Part shown: piece by piece, positions 1 through 12,330 of the stretch
Numbering within the stretch: the stretch's first letter is position 1
Layout of the letters: each line of letters starts with the position of its first letter
Assembly: GCF_036321535.1 (NCBI RefSeq)
Contig: NC_087436.1
Location: 103,356,001-103,420,000 of the forward strand
Source: Camelus dromedarius
Lineage: Eukaryota
Reading direction: 5' to 3'
DNA length: 64,000 nt
Program-made: the position numbers and the translations under genes
Notes under the pieces: model-generated
Seen by the model: only the letters and a program-made list of their open reading frames with translations
Databases searched by the model: none
Told to the model about the DNA's origin: nothing

Positions 1-33
1 CGTTTGTCAGGTTGGGCAAAGGGAAGAACTCAC

Positions 34-80
34 GTGGCTCAGGCTCTCTGACTTTCCCAGTGACTTTGCAGGATGCAGTT
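34..80 (-). other. Candidate 47-nt internal exon (5'UTR or lncRNA) of a minus-strand transcript
   Basis: Minus strand: branch-like CTAAT (123-127), ~40-nt AG-free pyrimidine-rich tract, acceptor CAG (83-81), then exon, then donor CAC|GTGAGT (33-28). Confidence 0.45.
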
Positions 81-1479
81 CTGTCGAAGATAGTCAGAGA
101 GAAGAGGGGGCGGGGAGCGGTGATTAGGAAGCGCATTTGCCCACTGATCCAAGTCTCAGTCTGTAATTAGTTTTATCCTTAATGAAATCCATACATTGAT
201 CTCTCTCTACCCACTCCTCATGACTAATTTGTCCCCTGGTTCAAAATTCTGGAGTGATTTAAGAAGGAGACAATCCCCAGCTTCCATGTAATAAGAAGGT
301 ATGAATGTTCTCAGGGAAAATACACCTACTTTTAATTTTTATTTCAGTTCCCCAAACATACACATATGTACACAGTAAAACACACATGCTTATTTATAAG
401 ATTAAATTACTATCAAGAGCAATATTAATAGGAAAGAGAATAAATTGTAGGGCAGCTTGAGCAAGTGGGTATCAACTGTGGTAGGATCTCTTCCCCGCAC
501 TCTCTTGACATTCTTTAGAGAATTCTCCTAGGGAGGATCTGGGGTGCCAGATGGCACGAGCGAAGGTTGACCTGATCAAGGCATAGCCTCCAAATGATTA
601 ACTGCCAGCAATCAATCTCTGATAATCCACACTAGTGAAAGATCAATAAATATATGAATCTAGCTTCAGAACAGAGGAGGGACAGGGCTATCTTGCTATA
701 GTCACCTTCTCAGGTGGTCTGAGATTAAATAAGAACATGGACAATACTTTTCAGAAAGGTTCATAAATGTTGGCAAATAGACAGTTTTCTTCTACTTCTT
801 AAAAATAATTTCTAATAAAAATCATTTCTGGTTTAATTAGTAGTAGCACCCCTGATGTTCTTTCTCCTAGTTTCTTCGTATTTTTTCCTATTGTTGAGAT
901 TATCAATGTTAAACTAATCTTTAGACTCTGTCTGCCCTTCTTAATTATAGTTGCTCTTTCTTTTTAATATTCGGCTTTTTAAAAATCATATTACTTATTA
1001 TGAATCACTCACATTTAATAATGTACACAAAATTACCTTTATACTTTTACTTTTTGATATCTTAGACTTAATGATGTGCAATTATTTGATATTCCTTTTT
1101 GCAGAGATGTGTCACTGTTCTGATTTAGAGCTATTTTGAACTAGCTTTCATCTTTTAGCACTTAAATGATCTAAGTCCTCGTGTAGCTTGCTGTATTTTT
1201 CTTTATTATTTACTCTTCCTCCCATGTTAATGTCATCTGTTGAAATTTCTGCTGCTTTTTTTAAACTGCTTTTTTTTTAAATTTTCAAGCCAACCTTAGA
1301 CTCCATCACTCCTACACCCTAAGAATTATTTTACATCTTACCTGAAAAAAACTTTACTACTACTTTTACACCTTGCTTTGAAACTCTTAAAATTATTGAA
1401 GCACATTTTAGACAATGTAAGTTGAAAAGGACCTGAAGAAAAAAATCTCTTTTGAATCATGCATTTCCAAGATCCTTAA

Positions 1480-1600
1480 TTTATGAATAAGAAAACTGAG
1501 ACACAGAGAAGTGAAGCTATTTGCCTGACTCTGGTCACACAGACTTTAGTTTCCAAGGTCGTGATCAGAATTTGGTTCATCTACATACCAGGCTGGTACT
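1480..1600 (-). mobile_element. MIR SINE fragment
   Basis: aagaaaactgagacacagagaagtgaag...ggtcacacag is the reverse complement of the MIR core. Confidence 0.75.
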
Positions 1601-1774
1601 ATTTTCAATATAACATGTTATTGCTTGTACCAGCCCATTGGTTGAACCCTTGTAAGATTATCCACAGTTTCTAACCGACTGACTGTAATCAAGATAAAAT
1701 TCATAGCTCCATTAACCAGAATACTCTAGAATGCAGCATTACGGCATTATGTGTGAATGTGAGTGAGTGTTTAC

Positions 1775-1885
1775 ACAAACATATGTACAGTATGTGTATA
1801 TATATTATACATATATATGTAGTATATGCACATAGTATATATATATGGTGTATATATAAATACACACTATACAGTATATAGTATT
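1775..1885. repeat. Degenerate (TA/CA)n low-complexity tract
   Basis: Alternating purine-pyrimidine run seen directly. Confidence 0.8.
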
Positions 1886-2449
1886 TACTAAGAATTGACC
1901 AAAATGCCTTATTTTTGCCATCACTATCTATTCCCTTCCTCATCAAACATAACTACACAAAAACAATCCAAGCTTGTTGTTTTTTTATTAATAAGGATCT
2001 CGTAGGTAATGGAGGTATCAATAAACATGAACTGCCAAGACAATTCATGATAGGTGCTCTTTTTTCCCTAAAAATAGAGATTTAGTGTTCTTCTAAACAT
2101 AAAACAAAAGGAAAATTCCAGTTAATGGACTTTTCATATTTGTTGATTCAATGTTATTTTTGACTGATTTGGTGCTTGACATAATAAACAGCAATCTACT
2201 CTAATGCTGGTTCTATTTTTCGAACCAAATGGTAGAAGATATAAGGAAGCTAAAATTCAGCATGGTGTGAACACAACCTGTGAGCTAAAAGCTGGTGAAA
2301 GATGAAGCTGTATAGGTGGACAAGGACCAGAACATGAAGCAGTTATGAAGATTGTGAAGTTTTCCCTGAATAACAATGCTAGGTACTGAAAGATTTTATA
2401 CCAGAAAGCAACAGCACCCCTTTATTATCCTGTGAAAATGGAAATCTTT

Positions 2450-3022
2450 GCAGTTGATCTTTCTAACACAATTCTGTCATGCCAGTCTCCTATTTAAAAT
2501 CTTCAATGACCCATCTTCTGCAGCAGCAATTTAATTTTTTATTAATTCATTATTTCCTACCACTTTTGATTTAGACATTAAATCTAGACATTAGATTTAG
2601 ACATTAAATTCCACAAACAGAATATGTGTTTCCAGACCCATCACTATGACCATGTGATTTCTTTAGGAGAACATCCCATCGCTCCATCCTCAATTCCTAT
2701 TTCCTCTTACCTTCCCAGCCTTTACCCCCAAATTCTCCCGAAACTTATATTGGTAAATCTAAATCTTTTTTCAACCTGGGCCAAGGATAACTGTACACAC
2801 TTCCAACGTCAATCTCAAATATATTGGTCCCTCTTTTGTTTAGGATTCCTAAGACTTTGCATTTTACTCATAGTACTTATCCGACTGTATTATGTGCTCA
2901 CACAGTTTTCCCGGCACTGGATTCTAACAGTAGCTGTGACTTACTCATCTTTGTAAACTTAGCATGTCACATACAGTTGGCATTTAATAAATGTTTGTTA
3001 AATAAAAGAAGGAAAGAATGAA
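2450..3022 (+). mobile_element. L2 LINE 3' fragment
   Basis: ctcctatttaaaatcttcaatgac and the terminal cacatacagttggcatttaataaatgtttgttaaat...gaatgaa match the L2 3' end. Contains a 13-mer x3 (atttagacattaa, 2569-2607). An antisense L2 fragment lies at ~2290-2420. Confidence 0.7.
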
Positions 3023-3660
3023 TTCACTCTGAAACAGAAGACTGATGAAGACTAGGGAGATCTATCTGGTTTATCAGATGAAAGTCTTTGAGAAAACCGA
3101 AGGCAGTGGGAATCTGAATAATATAAGAGATGACAGAGAAGGATACATCAATAGTAATCAGATGAAATCCTCTCCTCCTAAGTAATGATTCTACACTGAA
3201 TCTTAATCTTGCTCAACCAGAGTTGGGAATGGGAAAAGGGGGCAGGCAAGGGAAGTTTTCTATTTTAACAGAGGTTTCTGGTTTACTTTTCATTTAACTG
3301 TAAATATTGCCTGATTAACAATGTCAAAATATATTTAAAACAAGATAGCCATTGCAAAATATTTCACAATACTACCAGCCAACTGATTAAGGCAATCTGA
3401 ATTCACTGAAGATGAATTACACAGTAAGATCACTTAACTTCATAGATAATTTAAATTACTATCATCTAGTCTATAATGTACATACTTACTCCTTCTGAGC
3501 TTGTGCAGTAATGAGTACCTTATATTGGTCAGATATTGTAATAGCACTCACTTGGGATTTTTAAACAACTCTGTCACATTTATACACTATATAGGATACC
3601 AGATCAAGATATCAACAAATTTTGTGAAATAATGAGTTGCCCACACCTATTGAAACATTC

Positions 3661-4243
3661 TTGAGTAAGAAAGAACTTAACTTTGCCCAAAAAAGAGGTC
3701 TAGCATTTGCCCTCAGACTCTAGGAGGTAATCTCTGAACTCTTAGAGTGTCATGCCTGACAGTAGAGTCTTTGTTCAGAGTTGGGGGTGGCCATGGTAGA
3801 AACAGCAACAATATGATTGAGGGTGCAGGCTTCGGATCCCACAGTATCAGCTGACCTGGGGACTGAGATCAACCAAGTGGGCAATAAATCAATTAATCAT
3901 GCACACTTGATGAAGCCCCAGTAAATACTCTATGGAGCCAAGGAGACTAAGTTGAGCTTCCCTGGTTGGCAACACTCCATGCATATCATCACACATGTAT
4001 GCCCTGAGAGTAACCCATTCACGACTCCATGTAGGGGAAACGTATGGTATCCACCTGGACTCTGCCCTAAGCACTTCTTCCCTTGGCTGATTTTCATCTG
4101 AACCCTTTACACACCACACTGATAAATATGCAAATCTTTCTAGCAAATTATTTAAATTGAGGGTGGTTTGGGGAAACCCCCCAAGCCTGTAATTTGTATC
4201 GTAAATCAGAGCTATCTTGTGTTGACTGTGTTTGCAATTTTCA
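3661..4243 (+). mobile_element. ERVL-class solo LTR, MER77/MER68/MER21 group
   Basis: Diagnostic blocks: ctttgcccaaaaaagaggtctagcatttgccctc, gagcttccctggttggcaacactccatgcatat, cctggactctgccct...cttcccttggctgatttt. Confidence 0.75.
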
Positions 4244-4859
4244 AATACTTCCTACCCTACTCCTATTCTGGCCCCCATCCAGTATTTGTTGTTTTATTCT
4301 GATATTACCTAGAGCACTAAGTGTATACCAACCAATTTTATTTAGGAAAAAAAGGAAGAAAAAAGCCTATTACTTCTTTGTGTAGCTTTGTTTAAAAATA
4401 CTATATAATGTAAGTTCTATTTTTAGGGACCAGTTTTATGGTTTATCTATATTTGGTTATAGATGGTTCTCTTGTCCATCTAAGTCACTAGAGACCTGAA
4501 TATTTAAGTGAGCATCATTAGTAAGGATGGATTTTATGTTTGACAATTTTATATCTTAGATTCTAAACTCTTATATGCTAATATAACATTTACTATTTCT
4601 GCAATCAAAACCAAAACATACCCCAAATAAGTCCTTCTTCTCTGCAGAAGACACATGAATAGTACATTCAAGACACCAATTGCACAAGTCCGGAACCTAT
4701 GAACAATCTTTGCCATCTTACTGATTCTATACACAAATTGTAACTAAATCAAGGCAAATTTACTTTGACAATATCTTTTAGTCCAGCTCAAGCACTCCAT
4801 CTGTACCGATGCCACTGGGGCCCAGGCACCCATCTCTTGCCTACACTTTGCAATAGCTT

Positions 4860-4985
4860 TATTTTAAACAATTTAATGATGAACATTTTCTAACACACAG
4901 AAAAGCAGAACTAATTATGCAGTGAACAGCCTAATACCCATCTTTTACTTTCTACATTTAAGATTTTGCTATATTTGCTTTACAC
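4860..4985 (-). mobile_element. Old L1M 3' fragment, antisense
   Basis: cattttctaacacacagaaaag...cagtgaacagcctaatacc...ttttgctatatttgcttt matches the L1ME/MD antisense tail. Confidence 0.6.
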
Positions 4986-5392
4986 GTGTCATATTTCAAG
5001 GTATTCTCAAGAAAATATTATAACAAAGGTATTATTTGCCACATTTCATAAATGAGCAAAATCTCTCAAGAGGTTAACCAACTTCTCCAAGTTCACAGAA
5101 AAGAAGGAGGAGGAGGAGGGGTAAGGAGAGGAGAGGAGAGTTGTTTATGTGACCTGAGGAACCTGTGGGCCAATACACATGTGCCCACCACAAAAAGAAA
5201 AATCCTGAGGTTTTCATGCTAGGACACCAGGTACCGAGGAATGCTGTCAAAACTGACTGCGTAAGAGAATGCTCTGGCCAGTATATACGCGCATCACGAA
5301 GTGAACACATTAGACCTGTAATGTGGACGCCCTCCGATGATCACAGCACCAATCCTGCAGGTAGCGGAGCCGCAAAAACACACAGAAAGCCT

Positions 5393-5790
5393 TGTCGGTT
5401 TGCCCCCTGAGTTCCCCAGGTGAAATACAAAACTGGCCTCCATACACAGAGGAAAATGACAGACAGAAGAAAACAGGCAGATCACTCCAGACTGACAGGT
5501 GGCAGGGGTAATAAGCAAGGGAACTTACACATGACACTAGTCTCTGTGCCGCCCACCAAAATCTTCAAAGTTTATTTAGAGGCCTTAACAGGATCCAGTC
5601 ACGTACACAGTCCACATAGTCTCAACAACATTTCTCTCTCAAGGCTGCATCCCTGAGACAGCTCCGGCTACAGGAATGGTGGACGGACACACATTCCAAG
5701 GACAGGGGAGGGGGTGAGACCTCTCTGATTGCCTGGGTCCCACTCAAGGGTCAACCAGTGGCCACCTGCTCTGGATGACCTCCTTCAACA
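5393..5790 (-). mobile_element. Solo ERV LTR (398 bp, family unassigned)
   Basis: TG...CA termini (tgtcggtt...ccttcaaca), 5-bp TSD agcct/agtct (5388-5392 / 5791-5795) and a TAAATAAA box on minus at 5578-5571. Confidence 0.7.
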
Positions 5791-5821
5791 AGTCTGAGTG
5801 TTCAAGCATTCTGTATAGGTT

Positions 5822-6920
5822 GTCTATTGTTGAGTAACCAATTACCATGCATTAGCAGCTTAAAACACACCCAGACATTGGCTCAAGATTATAGGACAGA
5901 AGTCTGTGCTGGCTTAACTGGGTTCTTTGCTTTCAGGACTCACAAGGCCAGATCCAGGTAGCTGCTGGGCAGGGTTCTTACCTGAAGGATCTTAGGAAGA
6001 ACTTGCTTCAAAGCTCATTCAAGATGTTGGCAGAATCTAGTCTTAAAGCTGTGGGTCTAATGTCTCTGTTTCCTTGATGTTTGTTGGCTGGGAGCTATTC
6101 TCAGCTTCTAGATATCATTATGTTACCGACTCCAAACTCGCTCTGCTCACTGCACAACAGGCCAACAAATTGGGAGACAAGGTGTTGGGGCAAGGAAAAA
6201 CGATTTTATTTGGAAAGCCAGCAGACTGAGAAGATGGCAGACTAATGTCCTGGAGAACCATCTTCCCCAAGTCAGAATTCAGGCTTCTTTTATACCAAAA
6301 GGGGAGGGGGTGGGGTTAGTTATTGCAAACTTCACGGTGTTGGAATCCTTTGTTCTTGCAGCTATCCATGTGGGTCAAATCATGATGTTCCTATAAACCT
6401 CCAACAAGACAAATGCTATTCTCTATTCTGCAACTTGTTATCTTTATATGAATGGAAAGGTGTTAATACCCTTAAAGGTCAGAGCCTTGAGAATGGGCTG
6501 TTCTGTGTATTTCAGGCTCTAGGCAACATTCTTTTACAAAAGGTGCAGAACCAGCATGACTAGGCACAGGGAGCAGAGCCCAGGGTTAGAGCTGAAGGAA
6601 CAGATCTCATACGGAGTCAGATTTGTTCCTCCCTATGACAATTACATTCTTGTACATGCGGCTGCCATCTTCAAGTCAGCGATGGTACTTTAGGACCTTT
6701 TCCTGCTCTGAAAATCTCTTAAATTTCCACTTGGCCATCAGCCAAAGAAAACTGTTCTTATAAAGGCCTCATGTGGTTCAGTGTGCCCTGATACACTCCC
6801 TTCTGATTCAACTCACAGGAACTAACTAATAACATCAATTACATCTGCAAAATCCAGGTTTCCATGTAAAGTGACAACCACAAAGCCGGTATCTTGTCAC
6901 AGTCACTGTCTTAGGGAAGG
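5822..6920 (-). mobile_element. MaLR LTR (MLT1E/F-like), split by a younger LTR
   Basis: gcttaaaacac...aaagctcattcaagatgttggcagaatc lies before 6120 and ccatcttcaagtcagc...caattacatctgcaaaatcc lies after 6641. Confidence 0.75.
6121..6640 (-). mobile_element. Cetartiodactyl ERV1-class solo LTR, copy 1 (520 bp)
   Basis: TG...CA ends, perfect 4-bp TSD ATTA (6117-6120 / 6641-6644), minus-strand TATAAAA (6294-6288) and AATAAA (6210-6205). Highly similar to 34758-35240. Confidence 0.9.
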
Positions 6921-7524
6921 TACTATTGAGGAATCACAGGTTACCTGTACAGAAACTTGCACTGACAAATCCTGCCTCTCGTTTACTGAGACTCTGTGAG
7001 ACACTAGGTTACAGCGCTATGCCCTTATACTCACAGATTTGTTCCGGGTACACTTGTTCTTGTTACCCTGCAGTCTCTGTGCATAAAGAAGACTTTGGGT
7101 GGTAACTGAGCTCTCTGAGGCAGATTTTTCCTCAAGCAGAAGTTAAATATGATGCTTGAGAAATTAACCTGACCCTTAGTACCATGGTCAATTCTTATTA
7201 AAAATGTCAGGTCTCTTCCAGTGCTCTCTACTTTTATTGAAAATGATGCAATTTAGTCTACCATGGTCAATATTTAGAAAGGGAGCAAAATTGGCTTCCT
7301 GTGTCCTAATACACGTGTATGACCTTGAATAAAAAGTTATCTGGGGTAAGCGTTAAGTTTTGGGAAAGTAGTGTATTTGAGTGTGACGCTCTCTACACTT
7401 GCTTGTTGATGTATGAATTTAATCAAGATTTCCTCAAAATATGGTTTAGTGTATGCCACATAGGCTGAAAGTAAGCTCCAAACGGAAAGCACCATGATCA
7501 CATTATGAAAAAGCAAGACAGCCA

Positions 7525-7675
7525 TTATTATTAACATCCCTGTTTTACAGATTCTGGGAAACTAAGTTACAGATCGTTCATTAAGTGCTTGCCTAAGATC
7601 TCCCAGCAGGTATGTTGTAGAATTCGGATCTTAAGAGGGCAGTGTGACATCTGAACACTTTACAGCTAATCACAT
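7525..7675 (-). mobile_element. MIR SINE fragment
   Basis: attattaacatccctgttttacagat...aaactaagttacaga...cttgcctaagatctcccagc. Confidence 0.7.
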
Positions 7676-8396
7676 CCCTATGGTGTTTCTAAAAGGAAGA
7701 GAACCAACCAGATTAAAATTAAAACATTATTGTATAAGATGCTCTTTTTTTCTTATGGGAATTCAAGATTCACTATATACAAAGAAACAACTGGTTGCAA
7801 TGCACTTATTAGTTAAAAGAGAAAACAAAATTAAAACCTAAGACAGTCCTCACTCCAAATGTTATAATCAATTAATAAATCTCTCAATGTCAAGCTCTTT
7901 CATGGAAAATCTGTCATCCCTTTTAGCTACAAAAATGAAGAACAAAGGCCACCCTGACATAAACAGAGGGAGTCCACAGAGTGGTGAGCCCTTCCATTTC
8001 CTGAAATGCACCCCTTGTGTGCAGAAGGTTGTGAATGTCATTCAACTCAGAAAAATCGAGTCTATATAAAGCTGCACCAATGAGAAATTTGAAAGAATTC
8101 ACATATTTGTGAGACTTGAATGATTCTAAAAGTTGTAAAATAATTTTTACATGACATTGTATAATTTAGTTATCCACATGGAATTTTAGAACTTAATTAA
8201 AACATTGAAGTTGTGCAATTAAATGCACAATATTCTAACAATGAGGAAACTAAGAGCAGAGAGATTAATTTTTAGCAAGACTCAGAAGCAGACCTCAGAT
8301 CAGACATCACTAAAAACTCCCTGACTTTTCTTTTAACCATATCAAACTATTTCCCTTCATCTTACAATAAAAAATTTTCCCTTCAAATTAATCAAA

Positions 8397-8573
8397 CAGA
8401 AATGTTTTTCAAAGTCTAATCTCAAGGCCACATGTGTAAGAATGACCTCAATCAGCTTGTCAAAAATGCAGAGTCTTAGGGTTTACCTGCAACATACTGA
8501 ATCAGAAAGCCTGAAATTGTTACATAATAAACAATTTTGTAAGCTTTCTGTAGGTAAAGTTTAAGAATTACTG
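8397..8573. mobile_element. MER5-like hAT-Charlie MITE
   Basis: TIR-like ends tgtttttcaaag...aaagtttaagaattactg; internal aaaaatgcagagtcttaggg...actgaatcagaa. Confidence 0.7.
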
Positions 8574-9677
8574 TCTTTTGAAATATAAATCATTTGCTTG
8601 TTTACTCATTGTACTGCAATAAAAAGATCCCTGTTTGAGTTTATTTCATTTCCTCAATGATTCTACAATTATCCCAAATTTCCATTCACAATTTCAAACA
8701 AAAATCAGCTTGTATATTCATTGACTGAAAGATAACTATTCTGAAATTCTCCGTAAATTTGTCATACTGAGTGCGTATTATATGCAATTGATTAGGGCGT
8801 CCTATGCAGCATAACCAAGATTTCCAAACAATGTAAAAACTATTTTGAAATCTGTGCTTTCTTGTTTTCAACCATAATAATACTGAAGATGATAATTGCC
8901 TTTACTCTGAAGGTACAATTTCTTTAGAGATAATTTGGTATACGAGGAATTGGACTCCTTGTGAAAAACCTCCATGTGATTTTTCTCAGACCTAATCACA
9001 GGCAAAGGCTTGACGGGTCAGGCCCCACGGGGAGAAGCTGCCCTCCCCACGCCAGGCGTGGTGCACAGCCAGGGCACAGCTGTCTCAGAAGGGAGGCATA
9101 GTGAAGCAAATGGACCCCCTAGCCTGTCACACTCTCTTACACATTTCCATTTCTAGCCCAGGCACCTTCACCCGAGGTCTTTATCTGAGTCTATGGGTAA
9201 AGGTCTTCTTGGCATCTCCTGAGGTCTCATGATGGGGAGAAGGCAGAAACCTTACACTCTGCCCCACCCTGACTCAGCACCCAGGACTTCACTCCTACCT
9301 CTTCCCTCTGCCAACTCCCCACAGTCCATACAACTGCTGGCTCCTCTTGTCCAGGGCTCCCTCAAAGGTAAGACGACCACTACGCACCACATCTGCAGTG
9401 ATCTACCTGACCCGAGACGGGTGTGCCACTCAAAAGGGGGAAACAGAGTCTGCCTTCCTCCCCGTTTTTTATAACTCTTGCGGATACCACTGTAGTTAAG
9501 TAATTAAAGGCTTACTCCTTCCATTTGTGCATGGGTGCTTTAACTGGTGACTCTGACACCTAGAAGTTCAGCTCTCTCTCTCTCTCTAGTCAGCTGAGCT
9601 CCTGACAGTATGGAATCATATTCTTTTTTAAGAGATTATCCTTTGTAAATAGTAGGTACCAATTATTTGGCTTTAAT

Positions 9678-9971
9678 TCTGGGACATCGATTTTCTCCTG
9701 CCCTCAGCACTCCTGGTTCTCAGGCCTTCAAACCTTGATTAGAATCCACACCACTGGTTCTCTGCCTCATGAGCCTTCAAAGTACATCATAGGTTTTTCT
9801 GAATCTCCAGCTAGCAGTGGGCAGATGGTGGGACTTCTCAGCCTCCATAGTCAAGTGAGCCAATACCTTACAACAAATCTCTTCAGACAGACAGACAGAT
9901 GACAGATATGCAGATATAGATATAGATGTCCTACTGGTTCTGTCTGCTTCTCTGGCAAATCCTAACATACA
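9678..9971 (+). mobile_element. MLT2 (ERVL) LTR, 3' half
   Basis: ctcctggttctcaggccttc...ggtgggacttctcagcctccata...gtgagccaata...cctactggttctgtc...cctaacataca. Confidence 0.85.
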
Positions 9972-10070
9972 CCCTTTAGTGATAATTCACCATTGACCTT
10001 TTGCTAATAATATTTAGCACACCCCAGCACTGCACGTTAAACATTGACATTAAAAGTTTGCTCACTGGCA

Positions 10071-11320
10071 GTTCCCTGTTTCAGCTCCAATATGTAAAAA
10101 GCTTGAAAACCGTTACTGCCATCTGTTATGAGCTGAATTGTATCCCCTCAGGATTCATCTGTTGAAATTTTAACTCCTGATACTTCAAAATGTGACTGAA
10201 TTTGGAGAAACAGTAACTAGGTTAAAAGGAGATCGTTAGGGTGGACCCTAATCCAATGTGACTGGCTGGTGTCCTTGTAAGAAGAGGAGGTCCCAGATAA
10301 ACACAGAGGGAGGACCATGTGAAGACACGGTGAGAAGAAAGGAGATGGCCACCTATCACCTCAGGAGGGAGGCCTCAGAAGAAGCCAACCCCGCTAGCAC
10401 CTACATTTCAGACTTCCAGCCTCCAGAACTGTGAGAAAATAAATTTGTAGTTGAAGCCCTCCAGTCTGTCATGGCAGCCTTGTCACGGCTGCCCTAGCAA
10501 ATCAACACACCTTCCTTACAGTAACAGAAAGCTGGACAAACCCAAAGACTTTTCTCAGACCTGTCCCTAAACTGAGATGGCAGGGAAAACCACGGACCTG
10601 ACATCTAGAAAGCCAGAGGCCTCCATGGAGTCAGAGCTGAGATCTGCTCACAGGTGGCAGAAATTGTTAGAATCGGAAAGGAGGAGAAACACTGAAACAG
10701 CAATTTTGACAAACTGCTTGAGGCTCAGTGTGACCAACAGTGACAATGAGAAACTCTTGGGATCCATAGTCTCAGAACCTCTAGCCAAGCACACAAATAG
10801 CTCCCCCAACACACACTTTCCTGGGTTCCCCACCAGGAACTGCCCAGGTTTTCAAGCGTGGGCTGTGCAAACCGGCTCCCTTCCAACCAGCACACGACGG
10901 AAAGGGACAAAAAGGAGTAAGTTTACAGCAGCAACACTTGACAAACCATCTAAGCAAGATGATGACATCAACAGTGATGCCACCTTGATAGCATGTACCT
11001 TTGATACTTTGAGGTGGGAACAGCTCATTATCTGTGTGGCCTTCTCCAAAAAATCCGTAACTCGAGTCTAGTCATGAAAAAACATCAGGCAAATGCCAAC
11101 TGAGGGACATTCTACAAAATTTCTGACCAGTCATCCATCCTCAAAACTGTCCCAATCACCAGAAACAAAGTCTGAAAAAATACCACAGTCAAGAGGAGCC
11201 TAAGAAAACACAATGACTAAATGCAATTTTAAAACCTGAATGGTATTCTGGAACAGAAAATGAACACTGGAGAAAAATTAAGGAAATGTGAGTCAAATAC
11301 AGACTTTGATTAATTTTTTA
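10071..11320 (+). mobile_element. L1MC-like remnant (5' region plus 3'UTR), interrupted by an MLT1 LTR
   Basis: 5' motif cagctccaatatgtaaaaagcttg; 3'UTR motif actgagggacattctacaaaat...cctcaaaactgtc...aagaggagcctaag...actaaatgca. Confidence 0.7.
10124..10509 (+). mobile_element. MLT1A/B MaLR solo LTR
   Basis: tgttatgagctgaattgtatcccc...gggtggaccctaatcc...cagacttccagcctccagaactgtgagaaaataaa...aacaca; 5-bp TSD ccatc/ccttc. Confidence 0.9.
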
Positions 11321-11464
11321 AAAGTCGTTTGCTTGATACTTGCTCATGGTTCTCTCTCCGTATTTACATCTCATATATTATTACATGTAATATAACAGTG
11401 TATTATAGACAATAAATGTACAGAGGTGTGCATACTCACACTCATACACACATCAAAAATGAAA

Positions 11465-12330
11465 CGGAACAAGCGTGGCCGGGCAGGCCGTGGTCACTCA
11501 GGCGGCCGGCCGGCCTCCTAAGCCAGAGAATGGAGCCCACTCCTGCCATTAGCCAGGCCGCACTAGGCGCCACTGGCCGGACTGTGCAGACGTCACAGTC
11601 CACCCCTGGCCAGCCGGTCAACCCCGTGCAACAGGCACCTATTCCCAATAAAAAATGTAAAGCAAAACGGGACTCACGCGGGGTCCTTTCGCGCCGTCCA
11701 CGGCCAGGAGAACCAGGCAGCGGCGAGTCCTCCACCCGCGCGGGTGACACACGCCTGGGGTCGGCCGCCCTGCCCGCCAAGCCCCAGAACGCGGAGCCGC
11801 CGGCGCGGCCGGAGGCGGAGGGGGTCAAGGCGGAAGGCGGCGAGAGCGTGGCCAGTGCCCTGCGCGAGGACACACGCCGCCGGCCGCGCGGGAGAAGCGC
11901 GCCCAGCACCAGCGGCCGGAGAGCTTTCCGCTAACGCCAGCCCCGCGGCGCCCGAAGGAGACCCTGCCTCTCTGCCGCGCTCGGCGCGCATCCTCCCGGT
12001 GCGCGGAGGTCCGGCGGCTCACCTAGGCCCCGCAAATACAAGCGCAGATGGCCTTAAAACTCCGTCACTCAGAGGCTGAGGCCCTCCGGAACAAAGCGGC
12101 CCGCAGCGACATCAGGCTGGGGCTCCGGCCGCGCCGGCGTTCACAGCCGAGTAAAGGCTCACGGTCCTTCCGGCCGAGGCCGCGCCCGCACCGCCCACCT
12201 GCGGGCTGAGCGCCGGGCGGCCGTGCGCTGCTGTTCACGTGCGGAACTGGGTATGTTGACGCGCACTTCCTTTCCTTACAAAATAACCGGGGGTCCTTGC
12301 CATTCAGATCACTCCACGTCTACTCTGGAC
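11465..12330. promoter_or_regulatory. CpG island, probable promoter / first-exon region
   Basis: Abrupt GC- and CpG-dense, repeat-free block in an AT-rich, CpG-depleted background. Contains GC boxes (ccgccc), E-box CACGTG (~12236), ETS-like CACTTCC (~12264), YY1-like CAGATGGC (~12045) and multiple 5' splice sites. Confidence 0.85.

Noticed and set aside
2290..2520. Adjacent opposite-strand L2 fragments as a possible hairpin/miRNA source
   Set aside because: The arms share only short matches (e.g. taaaatctt) and are too diverged for a stable stem by eye.
2569..2607. 13-mer x3 and other short tandem repeats as a CRISPR-like array
   Set aside because: There are no unique spacers and the context is eukaryotic; these are simple slippage duplications.
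10577..11071. 164-aa ORF
   Set aside because: It lies within L1MC-like UTR remnants and has no recognisable protein similarity.
11416..12079. Long overlapping ORFs (172, 155, 111, 105 aa) in the CpG island
   Set aside because: They lie on both strands, are rich in R/P/G/A and have no recognisable domain. This is expected from stop-codon scarcity in GC-rich DNA.
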